DNA from: Eledone cirrhosa
Lineage: Eukaryota
NCBI GenBank assembly: GCA_964016885.1
Contig: CAXHJY010001475.1
Location: 1-61,609, forward strand
Direction: 5' to 3'
Length of the DNA stretch: 61,609 nucleotides
Shown: positions 28,162 to 40,580 of the stretch, in pieces
Position numbering within the stretch: position 1 is the stretch's first letter
Layout of the letters: the number at the start of each line of letters is the position of its first letter
Program-made: the position numbers and the translations under genes
The notes under the pieces: generated by a model
Databases searched by the model: none
Seen by the model: only the letters and a program-made list of their open reading frames with translations
What the model was told of the DNA's origin: nothing

Positions 28162-28772
28162 CTGTATATATATATATAATACTGTATATATATATATATA
28201 TATAAATAGAGAGAGAGAGAGAGAAAGAATTAGAATTTATATATATATATACATATATATACAGTATATATATATAGGCATTAGAAAGGTCATCCAGCTG
28301 TAGAAACCAAGCCAAAATCAGCCCGAGTGATCGAAACACGGTCCTCTGACCTGATTCTTTCCCTAAGGGTCAGCTCCTGCTACTCATGCCAGCATGGAAA
28401 ATGGACATTAAATGATGATGATGATGATGATGTGTGTGTGTATATATATTCATATGTGTGGTGTCTATAAGTATTTATATAATACTTGCTTGTGAGGTTT
28501 TGTATTGTACATTTATATGACCGTATAATCATGTTACATGTCTATTTGATGTGTGAATGATAAGAAGCAAGAGCAACCAGAGGAAGACAATTGCTTAACC
28601 TATCCCATCCACAGTCATGGACAAACAACTATGAAACCACTAAAAGTAATTATTTATATCATGTAAATGTGTGAGAGTCTGTGTATGTGTTTGAGTGTGT
28701 ATGTGCGTTTGAGTGTATGTGTGTGTGTTTGTATGTTTGTGTGTGTGAGTGTTGTCTCTATATATATGTCTG

Positions 28773-28808
<36 letters not shown>

Positions 28809-29272
28809 AACATTATTGGCTTGAAAATCAAGTTGAAGCGTGAGTGTATTTGAAATTCATAGAAATAATTAGAAATCTCAACACTATCCTAGCATTGAGA
28901 TCTCTAATTATTTCTACGAATTTCACACGTGCACACACACACACACATTCATAGCTGAGGCTTTCAAAATATTTATTTATTAAACATACCATATATCTTT
29001 AGATATACGGAATTCACACACATGTATGTATACAGCTATGCCGAAACTAAATTTTAATTCTACTTTTAAGTTGAGCCAACTTAAACTGCTTCATGTGCAA
29101 ATGAGGCTAATTAAACCCACTTACACAGACAAAAAAAATATATATTTTCACCTGTTTCAAATTCTAGCAGTAAGCAAGAGGAAACATTGTCGTAATGAGA
29201 CCCAATTATGAATTTCCGGTTGGCTGGTTGGTTCGATAACTGGATGATTGTTTATATAGTCAAAAATCTTTC

Positions 29273-29315
29273 GTCACTGAAGAGGTCACAGAATGTGTGA
29301 TGAAAGAGCTTTGAC
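29273..29315 (+). ncRNA. Minimal hammerhead-like motif inside an inverted repeat (29214-29360)
   Basis: GUCA CUGAAGA G GUCACA-gaaug-UGUGAU GAAA GAGC UU UGAC. Stem I GUCA/UGAC, stem II 6 bp with one G-U pair. Confidence 0.55.
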
Positions 29316-31214
29316 AATATACAAACGACCATCCGGTTATTGAACCAACCAACCAACCAGATTTTTATAATAAATGGAAGTGAAAACCAACAGGTGCGTG
29401 TTTTTATTGGCAGCATGACCCTCCCAAAGTATAACAATATCTGCTTCAACACACGTTTTCAGATAAGAAATCTTGCAAAACAAATTCAAAAAGCGAAGTG
29501 TGTGTGTATATATATATATATATACATTTAATGAATGCAAGAGTAGTTTGTTTGTTGCGTGGTTGTTTGTTTGCTTGATTCATTTGTGGTGCCTTAGTTT
29601 TGGAGTTGAATGAGGGGGTTTGTTGGTTGAGTCCATGGCAAGTGAATGAAATGTGTGTCAGTAACTCAAGAGAATTGTTGCTGTGAAGTCTTACCATGGT
29701 TGATGAAACGAGTAGTTATAATCACTTGTTGTGGTGAAGTAATATTGACATGGGGAAGACGATTTTCCCAAACCTCATTAATATAGATTTTACAAATGAA
29801 CAAAACACTGCTAATTTTTATTTTTCTGTTTTTTTGGTAACATGATTTACTCCCAAATCATACGTAGTAATGAACAACGGAAAAAGACACTCATATATTT
29901 ATGGTATGTTTAGTTGGTTGGATTTTGTATGTGAATATTGAATCTAAAAGTAGTGAATTCTACTAACCTTGATTGAAGTTGGTATGCTTGGCCAGAACAG
30001 CCAACCACATAATCTAGAACTGCCTGGCCAGTTTGGAAGTAACAGTTTGTCTGTGACTGAGAAAAGAAGCAGACTGAACATTCTGGGGTCAAAATTTCTT
30101 GTATATATATTTTCTAGGTCCCGAGAAACATAATAAAGTTGGCCTTTCCTTTTAAACAAAGGCAATAAGCCAGACGGCGACAATGTGATCTCAAACAAAG
30201 GAATTGGTATCCAAGATAGGCTTAGTTAAAGGTCTGTGTGTGTTGATATGCAACTATTTGAGAACAATTTCATTGTGGTTTCAGTACATATATATATCAT
30301 CTAACCCATGCTAGCGTGGAAGATGGACGTTAAACGAAGATGATGATGATCATCATTTAACGTCCATTTTCCATGCTTGCATGGGTTAGATGGGTTGTTG
30401 TGTGATGAGACAATTCAGGTTAGGAGACCATGTCTTGCTCATACAGATCTGTATTTTGGCTTGGTTTCTACGGCTGGATGTCCTTCCTAACACTAACCAT
30501 GTTGCAGCATGGACTGAATGCTTTTTAATGTGGCATCTAAACAATCATCTAACAGGGTGGACTGGGCTCTTTTTGTTGTGTCCCTAGCACAACCACCTTA
30601 CAGGGTATCCTGAGTGTTGTTTTTCTTGTGTTACTTGCTCGACCACTCAACAGAGTGGACTGGGTCCTTTTTCTCATGTCAACAACACAAAATCTATACA
30701 GGGGGGATTGGGAGCCTCCTGCCATGACACAATCACAACCATCTTATAGAGGGCATTTGGAGCTGCCTCTTGTTATGTTACCAGTACAACCCCTTTATAG
30801 GATGTACTGGGTGCTTTTTTTGTTGTGGCACCAGATCGCCATATAGTGTGGACAAGTGCTTTTTGTCTAGGCAGCAACATAAAGGGAGTGAGTGAGAGCA
30901 TATTTGGAGCATGCCCAGCTTTTCATACTTTGTATGCATGGGTTGAACAGGACAGGAGGTACCCCAGAGGTGTTGAAGATAGGAAGGGGAGTGAGTATAC
31001 AAGTTGGACATGGATGAGGTGAGTGAAATATTTAGTTGATGAGGGCAGGATATTATGAATGGGAAGGGTGAAAAAGGCAGGCTTGTTTGATTCATCCTGT
31101 ACATGTGGGAAGGTATATCTACAGTACAGCATAATGCCAGAGATATTGATCCAGTATTGTCTCCTTTGAGAGGCTTAATTGTAAGAGGTCAGCTTCTATC
31201 ACTTATACACTTCA

Positions 31215-31765
31215 GCCTGTGGTCATGAGAAGGTGGGTCTTCTGTATTTTTGCATAATACCAGAGATCTCGGTCCTGTTATCATCGCCTTTAAGAGGTGC
31301 AAGGTCAACTTTTATTAACTCATCCCAAGCTTTCTTGGGTATTCCTTTTCCATAGCTTCCATCAACTTTGAGCACCCTGCACCTTTTTATACAGCTGTCA
31401 TTCTCCATGCACATCACATGTCCATAGCACCACAATCTCCTCTCATGCATACTGCATCTGACTCCTCTTATGCCCAGTTTCTCTCTCAGTTCATTGACAC
31501 TTCACTGTTCATTTATACTACTATTATACATCCATCAGAGCATGCTAACTTCATTTCTTTCCAATCTTCATAGATCCTCTGCACACAGTGCCCAAGTCTC
31601 AATCCCATAGAGCATTGCTGTTCATACACAAACTTCGTACAATCTGCCTTTTATTTTGAAAGAAAAACCCTTTGTAGTTAGCAGTGGTAGTAGCTCCCTG
31701 AACCTTTCCATCTTGTTTTCACTCTGGCTACTGTACTTTCGGAACACCCACTTCCACTGCTAATT
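31215..31765 (-). mobile_element. Degenerate RTE 3' coding fragment
   Basis: ERRLWCYGHVMCMENDSCIKRCRVLKVDGSYGKGIPKKAWDELIK; upstream sequence matches the GCSESTVARV region. Confidence 0.85.
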
Positions 31766-32459
31766 TATACTCTATATGTCAATCGAGATCTCACAAATGC
31801 TTCAAGTAACTTTCTCCTTGTCTTCATTTTAACATTATTTCTGTTATCACTGTTCTCAGTTCATAAAACTTAGCTGTTGCCTTTGATACTTGCAGCTCTA
31901 TATATTCCTATTTATCTTATAACGATAATTACATACATATAATGCTTACTAAAATAAATTTAACACACATTCTAGTTATAAATAATATCAAGCTCCCATT
32001 TAATGTTCAGTAGGATCCAGCCATGAATATCAGTAGACTCTCTCTCCCTCTGTGTGTGTGTGAAAGAGAGCATGCACGCTTTTCTACCATCTGAAAACAG
32101 CGATCACAATTGTCAGAATAGTTTCCCTTGTTTTGCTATAGTTTTAACAATTTTAGTTAACCAGAGTCGTTTCCCTTTGTACCTTATTGCGGTGTATTTT
32201 CTTCATCTAACAAATAAAGGTTCAAACGCCTAGTTACATGCAAACAAACAGACACACACACATATATATATATATAAAGATCTGGTAAACACCGATCTGT
32301 ACCGAGGGAATGTTCCACTGCAAGACCATAGCTACTTGGTACCAACCACCAATATAGGCAACAACATCTTGCACAACAATCTTTGGTGAGTCTAATGCTG
32401 TGATTCCGTCCTCCACAACATGTCAGAACATCCTGAAATTAGATGGATTTGGTGTTATG

Positions 32460-32940
32460 CTTCTAAGCCAGCGTCTCTATCTACCTCAATCTGTCAGGTG
32501 CACTTTTCATCTCCTCTTTCTCAGCTGCCTCCGATAATACCAGAGAAATATATTTCTTTACCTTTGTCGCCAGTCGAAAAACCCTGAAGAACGAGTCAAC
32601 CCTGGTTTTAACAAATCCTCTGTCTCCTACTTCTAGAGAAACAGAATGCCTCTTATCCACAGGTTTCACAGAGTTCAACCAGCTCACTGTATTTTCTGGC
32701 CTTCCTGTTCAATACATCATCAATGTTTACCTCCCAAGAGACAGTAAGCGCCACCATCTTCACCACCTTCCCTTCCCTGCACCACGAGGTCGGATCTCTT
32801 GGTGGTAATAAGGGGAAAGTGATATTTGCTATCCAGATCAACTGAGACCTCCCAGATCCCTTCCCATTTTGGGTCAGTCTTCATTCTTATAGTAACTGGC
32901 TTGCAGCCTATTTACAAGACTTCATCCTTCTCTTCTCTAC
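32460..32940 (-). pseudogene. RLE-type non-LTR 3' fragment, HERO-like
   Basis: ALTVSWEVNIDDVLNRKARKYSELVELCETCG...SLEVGDRGFV...LSEAAE matches the ELTVPWE..RK..KY..L...EVG.RGF..AAE pattern of HERO-like endonucleases. Confidence 0.65.
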
Positions 32941-32956
32941 AACATATGGTCTCTGT

Positions 32957-33436
32957 GAAGTGGTTGTGTAGGTGTCACAACAAAAATCACCCAGCCCACA
33001 CTGTAAAGTGGTCGTGTAGGTGTCACAACAAAAATCACCCAGCCCACACTGTAAAGTGGTCGTGTAGGTGTCACAACAAAAATCACCCAGCCCACAGTAA
33101 AGTGGTTGTATAGGTGTCACAACAAAAATCACCCAGCCCACACTGTAAAGTGGTTGTATAGGTGTCACAACAAAAATCACCCAGCCCACAGTAAAGTGGT
33201 TGTATAGGTGTCACAACAAAAAGCACCCAGCCAACACTGTAAAGTGGTTGTGTAGGTGTCACAACAAAAAGCACCCAGCCCACACTCTAAATGTGGTTGG
33301 CATTAGGAAGGGCATCTGGCTGCAGAAACCTAGCCAGAAACAGTTCTATATGGGCAAGGCACAGTCACCTGATCCCGAACCTGTCTAACCCATTCTAGCA
33401 TGGAAAATGGAGATTAAACAATGATGATGATGATGA
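32957..33436 (+). repeat. RTE 3' UTR fragment with 7 tandem 46-48-bp units, then the conserved end and (GAT)n tail
   Basis: Unit gtaaagtggtYgtRtaggtgtcacaacaaaaaKcacccagcccaca(ct) x7 at 32957-33286, then ttaggaagggcatc ... gcatggaaaatgg..ttaaac atgatgatgatgat. Confidence 0.9.
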
Positions 33437-33443
33437 TATATAT

Positions 33444-33562
33444 GTGAAGGCGCGTGGCTGAGTGGTTAGAGAATTGGATTCGCAATTGTGAGGTTGTGAG
33501 TTTGATTCCCGGACCAGGTGATGTGTTATGTCCTTGGGCAAGACACTTTATTTCACATTGCA
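33444..33562 (+). mobile_element. tRNA-derived SINE head of a second family (related minus-strand copy at ~36590-36775)
   Basis: ggcgcgtggctgagtggttag (A box), gagtttgattcc (B box-like), gtccttgggcaagacacttt body. Confidence 0.7.
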
Positions 33563-34702
33563 CCTTCTACCTGGAGTTGTGACTGATAGATAATATTAGC
33601 AATTGTAAAGACCAATGGAAACATTGTTTCCTCCTTTTGATTTGACGAAAGTCGATTGACTCTCAATATATATATATCATCATCAACGTCCATCTTCCAC
33701 GCTAGCATGGGTTAGACGGTTTTGTTCCATTTGATGCAGGAATGGTCGGGAGACCGTGTCTCGCTCGTACGGAAGTGTCAGATTTACAGATATATATATA
33801 TATAGAGAGAGAGATACAGAGGCTGGCCATCGTAGTGATGTCATTGCTAGTCATGTTGCTTCCGTATCAATTCTTTGTTTATATTTTTCTGTAACCCAGT
33901 AGGGATTACAGAACTACATCTTTTAAATCTTTCATGTTCATCAAATCTGATGACATCACCGATTGTCTTGTGTCATGGTTTTATGATGTAAGCTGACCGT
34001 CGAGGTTAACTTTGCCTTTCATCCTTACAGGATCGCTAAAATAAAGTACCAGTAATGTACTGGGTAATTTCTGGCCTTCTGCCAAAAGTAGAAACAATTA
34101 TATAATTGTACAACATTAATGGAAGATATTGGAATCCAGCCTTCTTGTATTTTCATGGATGTATGTATATATGTATATACATATATATATATATGTATAT
34201 ATACATATATGTATATACATATATATACACACATACATATATGTATATACATACACACACACACACATACATATATGTATATACATACACACACACACAT
34301 ATATATATATAAAAATATAAAGGTTTACATATACATAAAGTTATAGATATATATATGTTGCAACCGGTCACTTTTAAGCTCTATGAAGAATTAATAAATT
34401 AAATAATCAGAGCAATATATCATAAATCATGTCCTTAGAATTATTAGATAAAATATATACTATTTCCTCTTCTAATTAGCATAATTAACCATATAAAAAA
34501 TCAATTAGACCAAGCTATAAGAAGAAAGGCTCTTATGAAGAAATCTCCGACAAATAACTAAAAGTGGCCTCTTCGCGGTGGCCCCAATAGATTATTTATC
34601 CAACATTTCGACAGCATGTAGAAACTGACTAAATATATCATCAACCATACACAATTAGGTGTAAAATTAAACTTAGAAGAAATGTGTACATACCGTAATT
34701 AT

Positions 34703-34779
34703 ATCTCTACCATGGTTTCATCCGTATTTTTAGACATCCAAATAATAGGAATGTCTTGAGTTAGGATTCATCAGGAGAC
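34703..34779 (-). ncRNA. Type I hammerhead ribozyme with an intact catalytic core, within a Penelope-like inverted repeat (arms ~34417-34492 and 34862-34938)
   Basis: Minus strand GUCUC CUGAUGA AUCC..(agacau/auguc u inner helix)..GGAU GAAA CCAUGG UA GAGAU. Stem I GUCUC/GAGAU, stem II AUCC/GGAU, palindromic stem III ACCAUGGU, GUA cleavage triplet. Confidence 0.8.
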
Positions 34780-36172
34780 AAACTCAAAATCAGACATCTA
34801 GTTTTCTAACCTGATTGCGCCAAAATTAGATTAAAAAATGGCTAAGAATCGCTATGTGGCTGTGGTCAATTATGCTAATTAGAAGAGGAAATAGTATATA
34901 TTTTATTTAATAATTCTAAGGACATGATTTATGATATAAAATGAAATGTGTAGTACATTGGAGTTCTATTTACTCTTAGGCAACACAAGTCAAAAAAGTT
35001 TGAAGTAGTTCCTATACAAATACAGCAGTTGTGTTGCTCATTGCATTTATCATATGTAGCTGAAAGCACTCAAAACACAATCTTATGGTAGAAAGGTGTA
35101 ATTTCTGTGTGTATACTTGCTACACACACACATTATCATCTTTTCTGTCAACTTTTCCTATAGTCGTATGGATTCACATTTCATTATCTTATTACTAATA
35201 AAAGACACTTTTATGATTTTCAATTAATTTTTTAGATAATCAAAAATTTGGAAGAAATGTAGTAATAAAACTAACTTTCTCATTATTAACCTAGTAATTA
35301 TAAAATTATGATGGAAGGTTTTTTTGAGAAATATAAACACTTTTGTATCATAGAACCAGCGGTGGTTTCAGGTCGTTTGGTATCAAAAGGGTTAAATAAA
35401 TGTTTCAACAGCATTTCTCAGTTGTAATCATATTTTTTCATATCTTTTGTGGATACTGGTGCATAATCTTTTCTCAGCATTAACTCTTAACATCCTTTAC
35501 CGCACAAAACTGAATTAACAAGACATTCTTGAAAGATATAAAATAGCACTATGATTGCATCACATTAAATATTGAAGTTTTTATATTAATACTGTGAAGG
35601 TGCATGGCTTAGACCTTACGGTTTTGAGTTGTACCTGTAATTCAAAGGGCCAGCCTTGTCACATAGTGTCTCACACTGAATCTCCCTGAGAATTATGTTA
35701 AAGGTACATGTGTCTGTAGAATTTCACAAGCAAGCTATTCCATTGATCAAACAACTGGAACACTCATCGTCATCACCAGTGGAGTTCAAATACAACATTA
35801 CACACTAATATTGCAAATGTTCACAATTATCTGTCCATAAATAAAAAGACTATAATAAACATTTGAATTAACAAACCTGTTTTTACATATTTTCTGTTAA
35901 ATCATTACAGAATGTTAAGAGTTAAGAGAAATTCATTCACAATTCTTACTGAGAATAACGAAACTACACTAAATTAAGACCAGCTTCATCCCTCCTCCGC
36001 TCTAATTCTTCTCCAGCCCTCCTAATCATTATCAACATCTTCATTGCTACTATCATTTATTAGTGTGCTTTATAAACGTGTGTGTGTGTGTCTATGTGTG
36101 CTTTTGTGTACAACAACCAGATATCTCTGGAAAAAAAACCCTCCCCATCTATTGAAGATAGAGGGGGGAAGT

Positions 36173-36208
<36 letters not shown>

Positions 36209-37879
36209 GGTGGAATGTGATTAAAAATATAATTGAAAACTGTAATTTTATTTTCCATTCAAACTCATCATGAATTTCCTCAGATGTAACATTGTTATTG
36301 TTATTTTATTTTGACATTAATAGGAAGATAGGAGGAAAATGTGATATATCCATGACAACCAATCTTTTGTTTGGCTTCTATGTGACAAGGAAAATTGTAT
36401 TGTTTATGCAATAAATCATGTGACTAAATAAAGCCGATCTTTATAGTTTTCATATTTCTATTTTTAGATATAAAAATATGTTGTTACAGATCTCACATAT
36501 GTAGGTTTAGCTGGCCCCCTATGAGATTCCATCTCATAGGGGGTTTATTGCATGTTTTAGAGATAGGTGGGTTAGTCATATCACGAAAAGACTTCACCCC
36601 TTGGACTGAATGCTAGTCCAATGCAAGGGTTAACCCCAGCTGCTGCTGGTACTCGTTTTTTCCTTCGGCAAAGTGAAACGAAACATCTTGCTTCAGAACA
36701 CAATGCACTGCTCAGTCTAGGAATTGAACCCATAACCTTATGATCATGAGTCCAACACCTTAACCACTCAGCCAAGCAAAGTCATAAACATGTGAAGCAG
36801 CAAAAACAACTAAAAGAATAAATAAAACTAATTGAAAATTCAATACCTTAATTCATTTTCATTAAGAGTTTTTGTCATATATTCTAGTGAAATGTTGCTT
36901 TAAAATGTTTTCAAACCCTTTTATTACTAAATTTCTAATGAAAGACATTGCCTATGATTTTCAAATCTTTTAGAAAATAAACAAGAATTCCAAGGGATTA
37001 AGTAATATAGCTAACTTTTACATTATAAAGTTGTTGTTTGGAATATAACATAACCAAGGGTCTTACACAAAATGGAAGGATTTTAGATATATAAATATAG
37101 GCACTTTAAATTTCACAGTTTTGTAACACCAAGGGTGATTTCAGACAATTTGATATCAAAAGTATTAAAATACACACCCACATGCATTTATATGAACAAA
37201 TTCCTGCGTATAAATGTTCAGATAGATATGTTTGTGTAATTGTATATGTATTTGTTTATTTATGCATCAATGCTTATTCACAAGCATACATAGACTGACA
37301 CACATAGAGAAAGACATATATATCTATTGTTTTACAAACATTCCATTATAAAATGTATAAAAACATAAATTCATGACAAATTGTTAATATAAACTAACAT
37401 AGGAATTCAAACATGACAGAGGGGGAGATAGAGAGAAAGAGTGTGTGTGGGTGTGTATGTGCTTTACATAAAAGACAACATAATGAAAGATTTGTAGAGA
37501 AAAAACTTTTCATTATTTAAAATATATTGCTATATTAAACTATGTACATACATGCATATTATATATACCATGATGGTGACATGAGAAAAAGCACCCAGTC
37601 TACACTGCAAGGTGGTCATGCTGGTGACATGATAAAAAGCACCCAGTCCACACTGTGACGTGATTGGTGTTAGGAAGGGCATCCAGCTGTAGAAACCAGG
37701 CCAAAATATATATGAACAAGACATGGTCTCTGGACCTGACTTGTCTCATAACATGACAACCTGCCTAACTCATGCAAGTGTGGAAAATGTATGCTAAATG
37801 ATAATGATGATCACAATGATACACTTGTCTACAAGTTGCACCAGTAGATATGTCACACCTCAATTCTACATACGGGCAC

Positions 37880-38650
37880 CTACAATGATACTGGAAATCT
37901 CTAAACAATGCTCTAGAAGGTTGTACTTGGGTACTTGAAATGAAAAACATAGATCATAGAGGAGATAAACTACACTAAAAGCCCAACATAGAGTTCTAAC
38001 AAGTTCATAGCTTCTCACCTTCAAAGATATCTCTATGCAATCCAGGAACACGAAATCCCCACCAAGTAGCTACTACACAAAAAAGGAAAATCATCAGCTG
38101 ACAAAGACTAAAAATGTTAGCCACATTTTTGCAAACTGAAAGAATGTCTTCCCATTATTACCTTCCCATGAGATATGATGTGATAGGCAGAACAATCTGA
38201 AATGCCCTATAGAAGATGAAAGTAAGAATAAATGGGGATGAGCATAGTGAGGCAGCTGACTCAAAGGAATCATGATTGAACATAAAAATAAAAGCTGCCA
38301 CCAAATTAAAACATGACTGGCCTGATATTGTTGTTTGGAATCACTGATTGAAAATATGTTCTGTTACAGAACGTTATGTTAAAACGTTAACATAGTAAGG
38401 AAGATACAGGAGGAGGATATCTATTGATCACTGATGAGGAGTTTGCAGATCCAATACCCAAAATACATGTTCAGTTTCATACCTATTATTATTAGTGCTA
38501 CAGGATATATACCAACTCCACTGGACCAAAGTATGACTGAACTTGGATTCTTGGAGAAAGAATGCAGCTCATTAATCCATAAGCTGTAGAATGGCCATAA
38601 TACCCGGAACCTTCAAAATCTATAAAACATTCTTAAGATTCAGAAGATGA
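37880..38650 (+). pseudogene. R4/Dong-like RLE non-LTR 3' fragment
   Basis: IKAATKLKHDWPDIVVWNH.LKICSVTE ... FSFIPIIISATGYIP ... GTFKIYKTFLRF resembles the RPDI..D..IPIVIGA.G endonuclease end; many lesions. Confidence 0.6.
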
Positions 38651-39498
38651 ATTGATTGTACAAGGGATGGTGGAAATTTCTTTTTCCTTACAATTTTGCC
38701 ATCAGGAAGGTAGCTAGTTAAAATAAACTTGAAATTAAGAAAAAGAGATTTACATACATAATTCATCATCATCATCATCATCGTTTAACGTCCATCTTCC
38801 TCGCTTGTATGGGTTACAAACACATACTCCATGTTGGGATTTTAGTATGGTTTATCCCCTCTATGATCTATTGTCTAACGTCTAACCCATGCTAGCATGG
38901 AAAGTGGACGTTAAATGGCGATGATGATGATGATAACACATATGCACACACACACTTGATATATGCATGTATGTAGGAGATAATTTCAGAATTTAATCTC
39001 ATGAAAAATGAAAATGACCATCAACTTTAAAGTTTAGAAGTTTGATGTTTAGGAAAGAGGGAGAAGAGGAAATGAAAATGATAGGGAAATTGAGAACAAT
39101 AGAAAGTAAAATACAGTAAGTACTAATGTCTTATCATAGCTGAACTATGGCTCAGTCAGAACAACATAAATCCCCATTCATATACCCCTTGTTTCTAACT
39201 TAAAGACTTCATGCTTAATCAATGGGAGTGAGTGGAGATAACATTGGTTAATAATCTCTTCCATTACCATATTTTTACTGAAAGACACTGTCTATCATTT
39301 TAAAAAATAACCATGAATTTGATGAGATTTAGTAATATAATTGACTTTCTCATTATTAAGCTGGTGTTTGGAGCATAGCTGAATAAAGCCTCTTATAATA
39401 AAATTATGATGGAAGGTTCTTAGATAAAAATACACACATTAATATTGTAGGTGGTTTGGTATCAAAAGAGTTAAATGTTATTTCCTTGCCCAACTTCT

Positions 39499-39888
39499 TC
39501 AATTTGTATTTGCTTCTGTCAATTCAAACATATTGGTTTTGTAAACACCGGAAGATATTTCAGTATTGCTATTTAGATTAAATGAGCTTCTATCTTTGGA
39601 AGATTTTGTTGCATAACGTCCATGATAAGGGTGCAGTTGGTACACAAAAGTCTCCCAGTTGATATTGCTGATGCCAGTAAGTTTCACTTCTGCAATCTTC
39701 TGTTCAATAAATTTGACTGGATCTGGAGGTCTTTCTAATACCAAGCTGCTGAGCAAGCATTCAAAGAGCTGTGGAATTCCATGCTCAGCCAAGTAGATCT
39801 TTGCCTCATCTCTAGTAGTAGGCATCACTGGATTTAAACTCTCCTGCACTGAGTTTAAGGTAATACTATTAAAAAATGGTGACACAAT
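39499..39888 (-). CDS. Terminal coding exon with an AK5-like dimerization/docking (RIIa/Dpy-30 superfamily) domain; first in-frame ATG at 39825 gives 108 aa
   Basis: DEAKIYLAEHGIPQLFECLLSSLVLERPPDPVKFIEQKIAEVK..GISNINWETFV resembles the adenylate kinase 5 N-terminal D/D domain. A strong minus-strand polypyrimidine tract + AG acceptor (ttttttcttcatag, AG at 39890-39889) precedes it. Stop TGA at 39501-39499. Confidence 0.8.
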   Translation of the reverse strand: MVSPFFNSITLNSVQESLNPVMPTTRDEAKIYLAEHGIPQLFECLLSSLVLERPPDPVKFIEQKIAEVKLTGISNINWETFVYQLHPYHGRYATKSSKDRSSFNLNSNTEISSGVYKTNMFELTEANTN

Positions 39889-40394
39889 CTATGAAGAAAA
39901 AAAAAAAAGAAGAAAAATTCTGAAGAAAAAATTTTAAAATACAGTTGAAGAAAATGAAAAGATAAAGAAAATGATAAAGAAATGAAAAAAATAATTTTAG
40001 AAAGGTAAAAGAATTGAAGAAATTAATAAAAAAAATAGGAATAAGAAATCTTTTATTTGAAATTCAGTTTATATATAAAGAAATAAAGATTAACTGAAAT
40101 TCACAACGGATTTTGTTTTTTGTTGTTGTTCTTTTTTTTGTTATTATTTACTCTTCTTATGAGATAAAATATATATTTATGGTTTCACAATCATATTTTT
40201 TAGAAAGCGGCTGTTTTTTAAACTGAAATTCTAGATTTAATAATAAAGCAGACACTATTGTTATAGCTTATGATTTTTATGTTATGCATACTATTGAGAA
40301 GAGCTCTAAAGCCATTACACAACAATGGATCCCTATATCTTTTCTATTGTATTTTACATTACTTACTAAATTGTATTACTTTTCTTCTAACAAG

Positions 40395-40580
40395 GGCGGT
40401 GGATTGGCAGTATCGGTAGAGGGTCGGACGCATGCTTTCCAGCATAGTTACGTCCCTTTATGATCTGAGTTCAAATCCCGCCGAGGTTGACTTTGCCTTT
40501 CATCCTTACAGGGTCGATAAAATAAAGTACCAGTAATGCACTGGGTAATTGCTAACCTTGTGCCTAAAGTAGAAACAATT
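40395..40580 (+). mobile_element. Full-length tRNA-derived SINE (same family as the 23135-23790 cluster; other copies near 3440, 20480, 25750, 34000)
   Basis: A box tggcagtatcgg, B box gagttcaaatcc, conserved central gaggttgactttgcctttcatcc..gtcgataaaataaagtaccag. Confidence 0.85.

Noticed and set aside
33945-33995. CUGAUGA followed by a CAUCA/UGAUG stem as a hammerhead
   Set aside because: Lacks GAAA after stem II and is cut by a SINE fragment.
40395-40480. tRNA gene
   Set aside because: A/B boxes are present but there is no cloverleaf, and it continues into a multi-copy SINE body.
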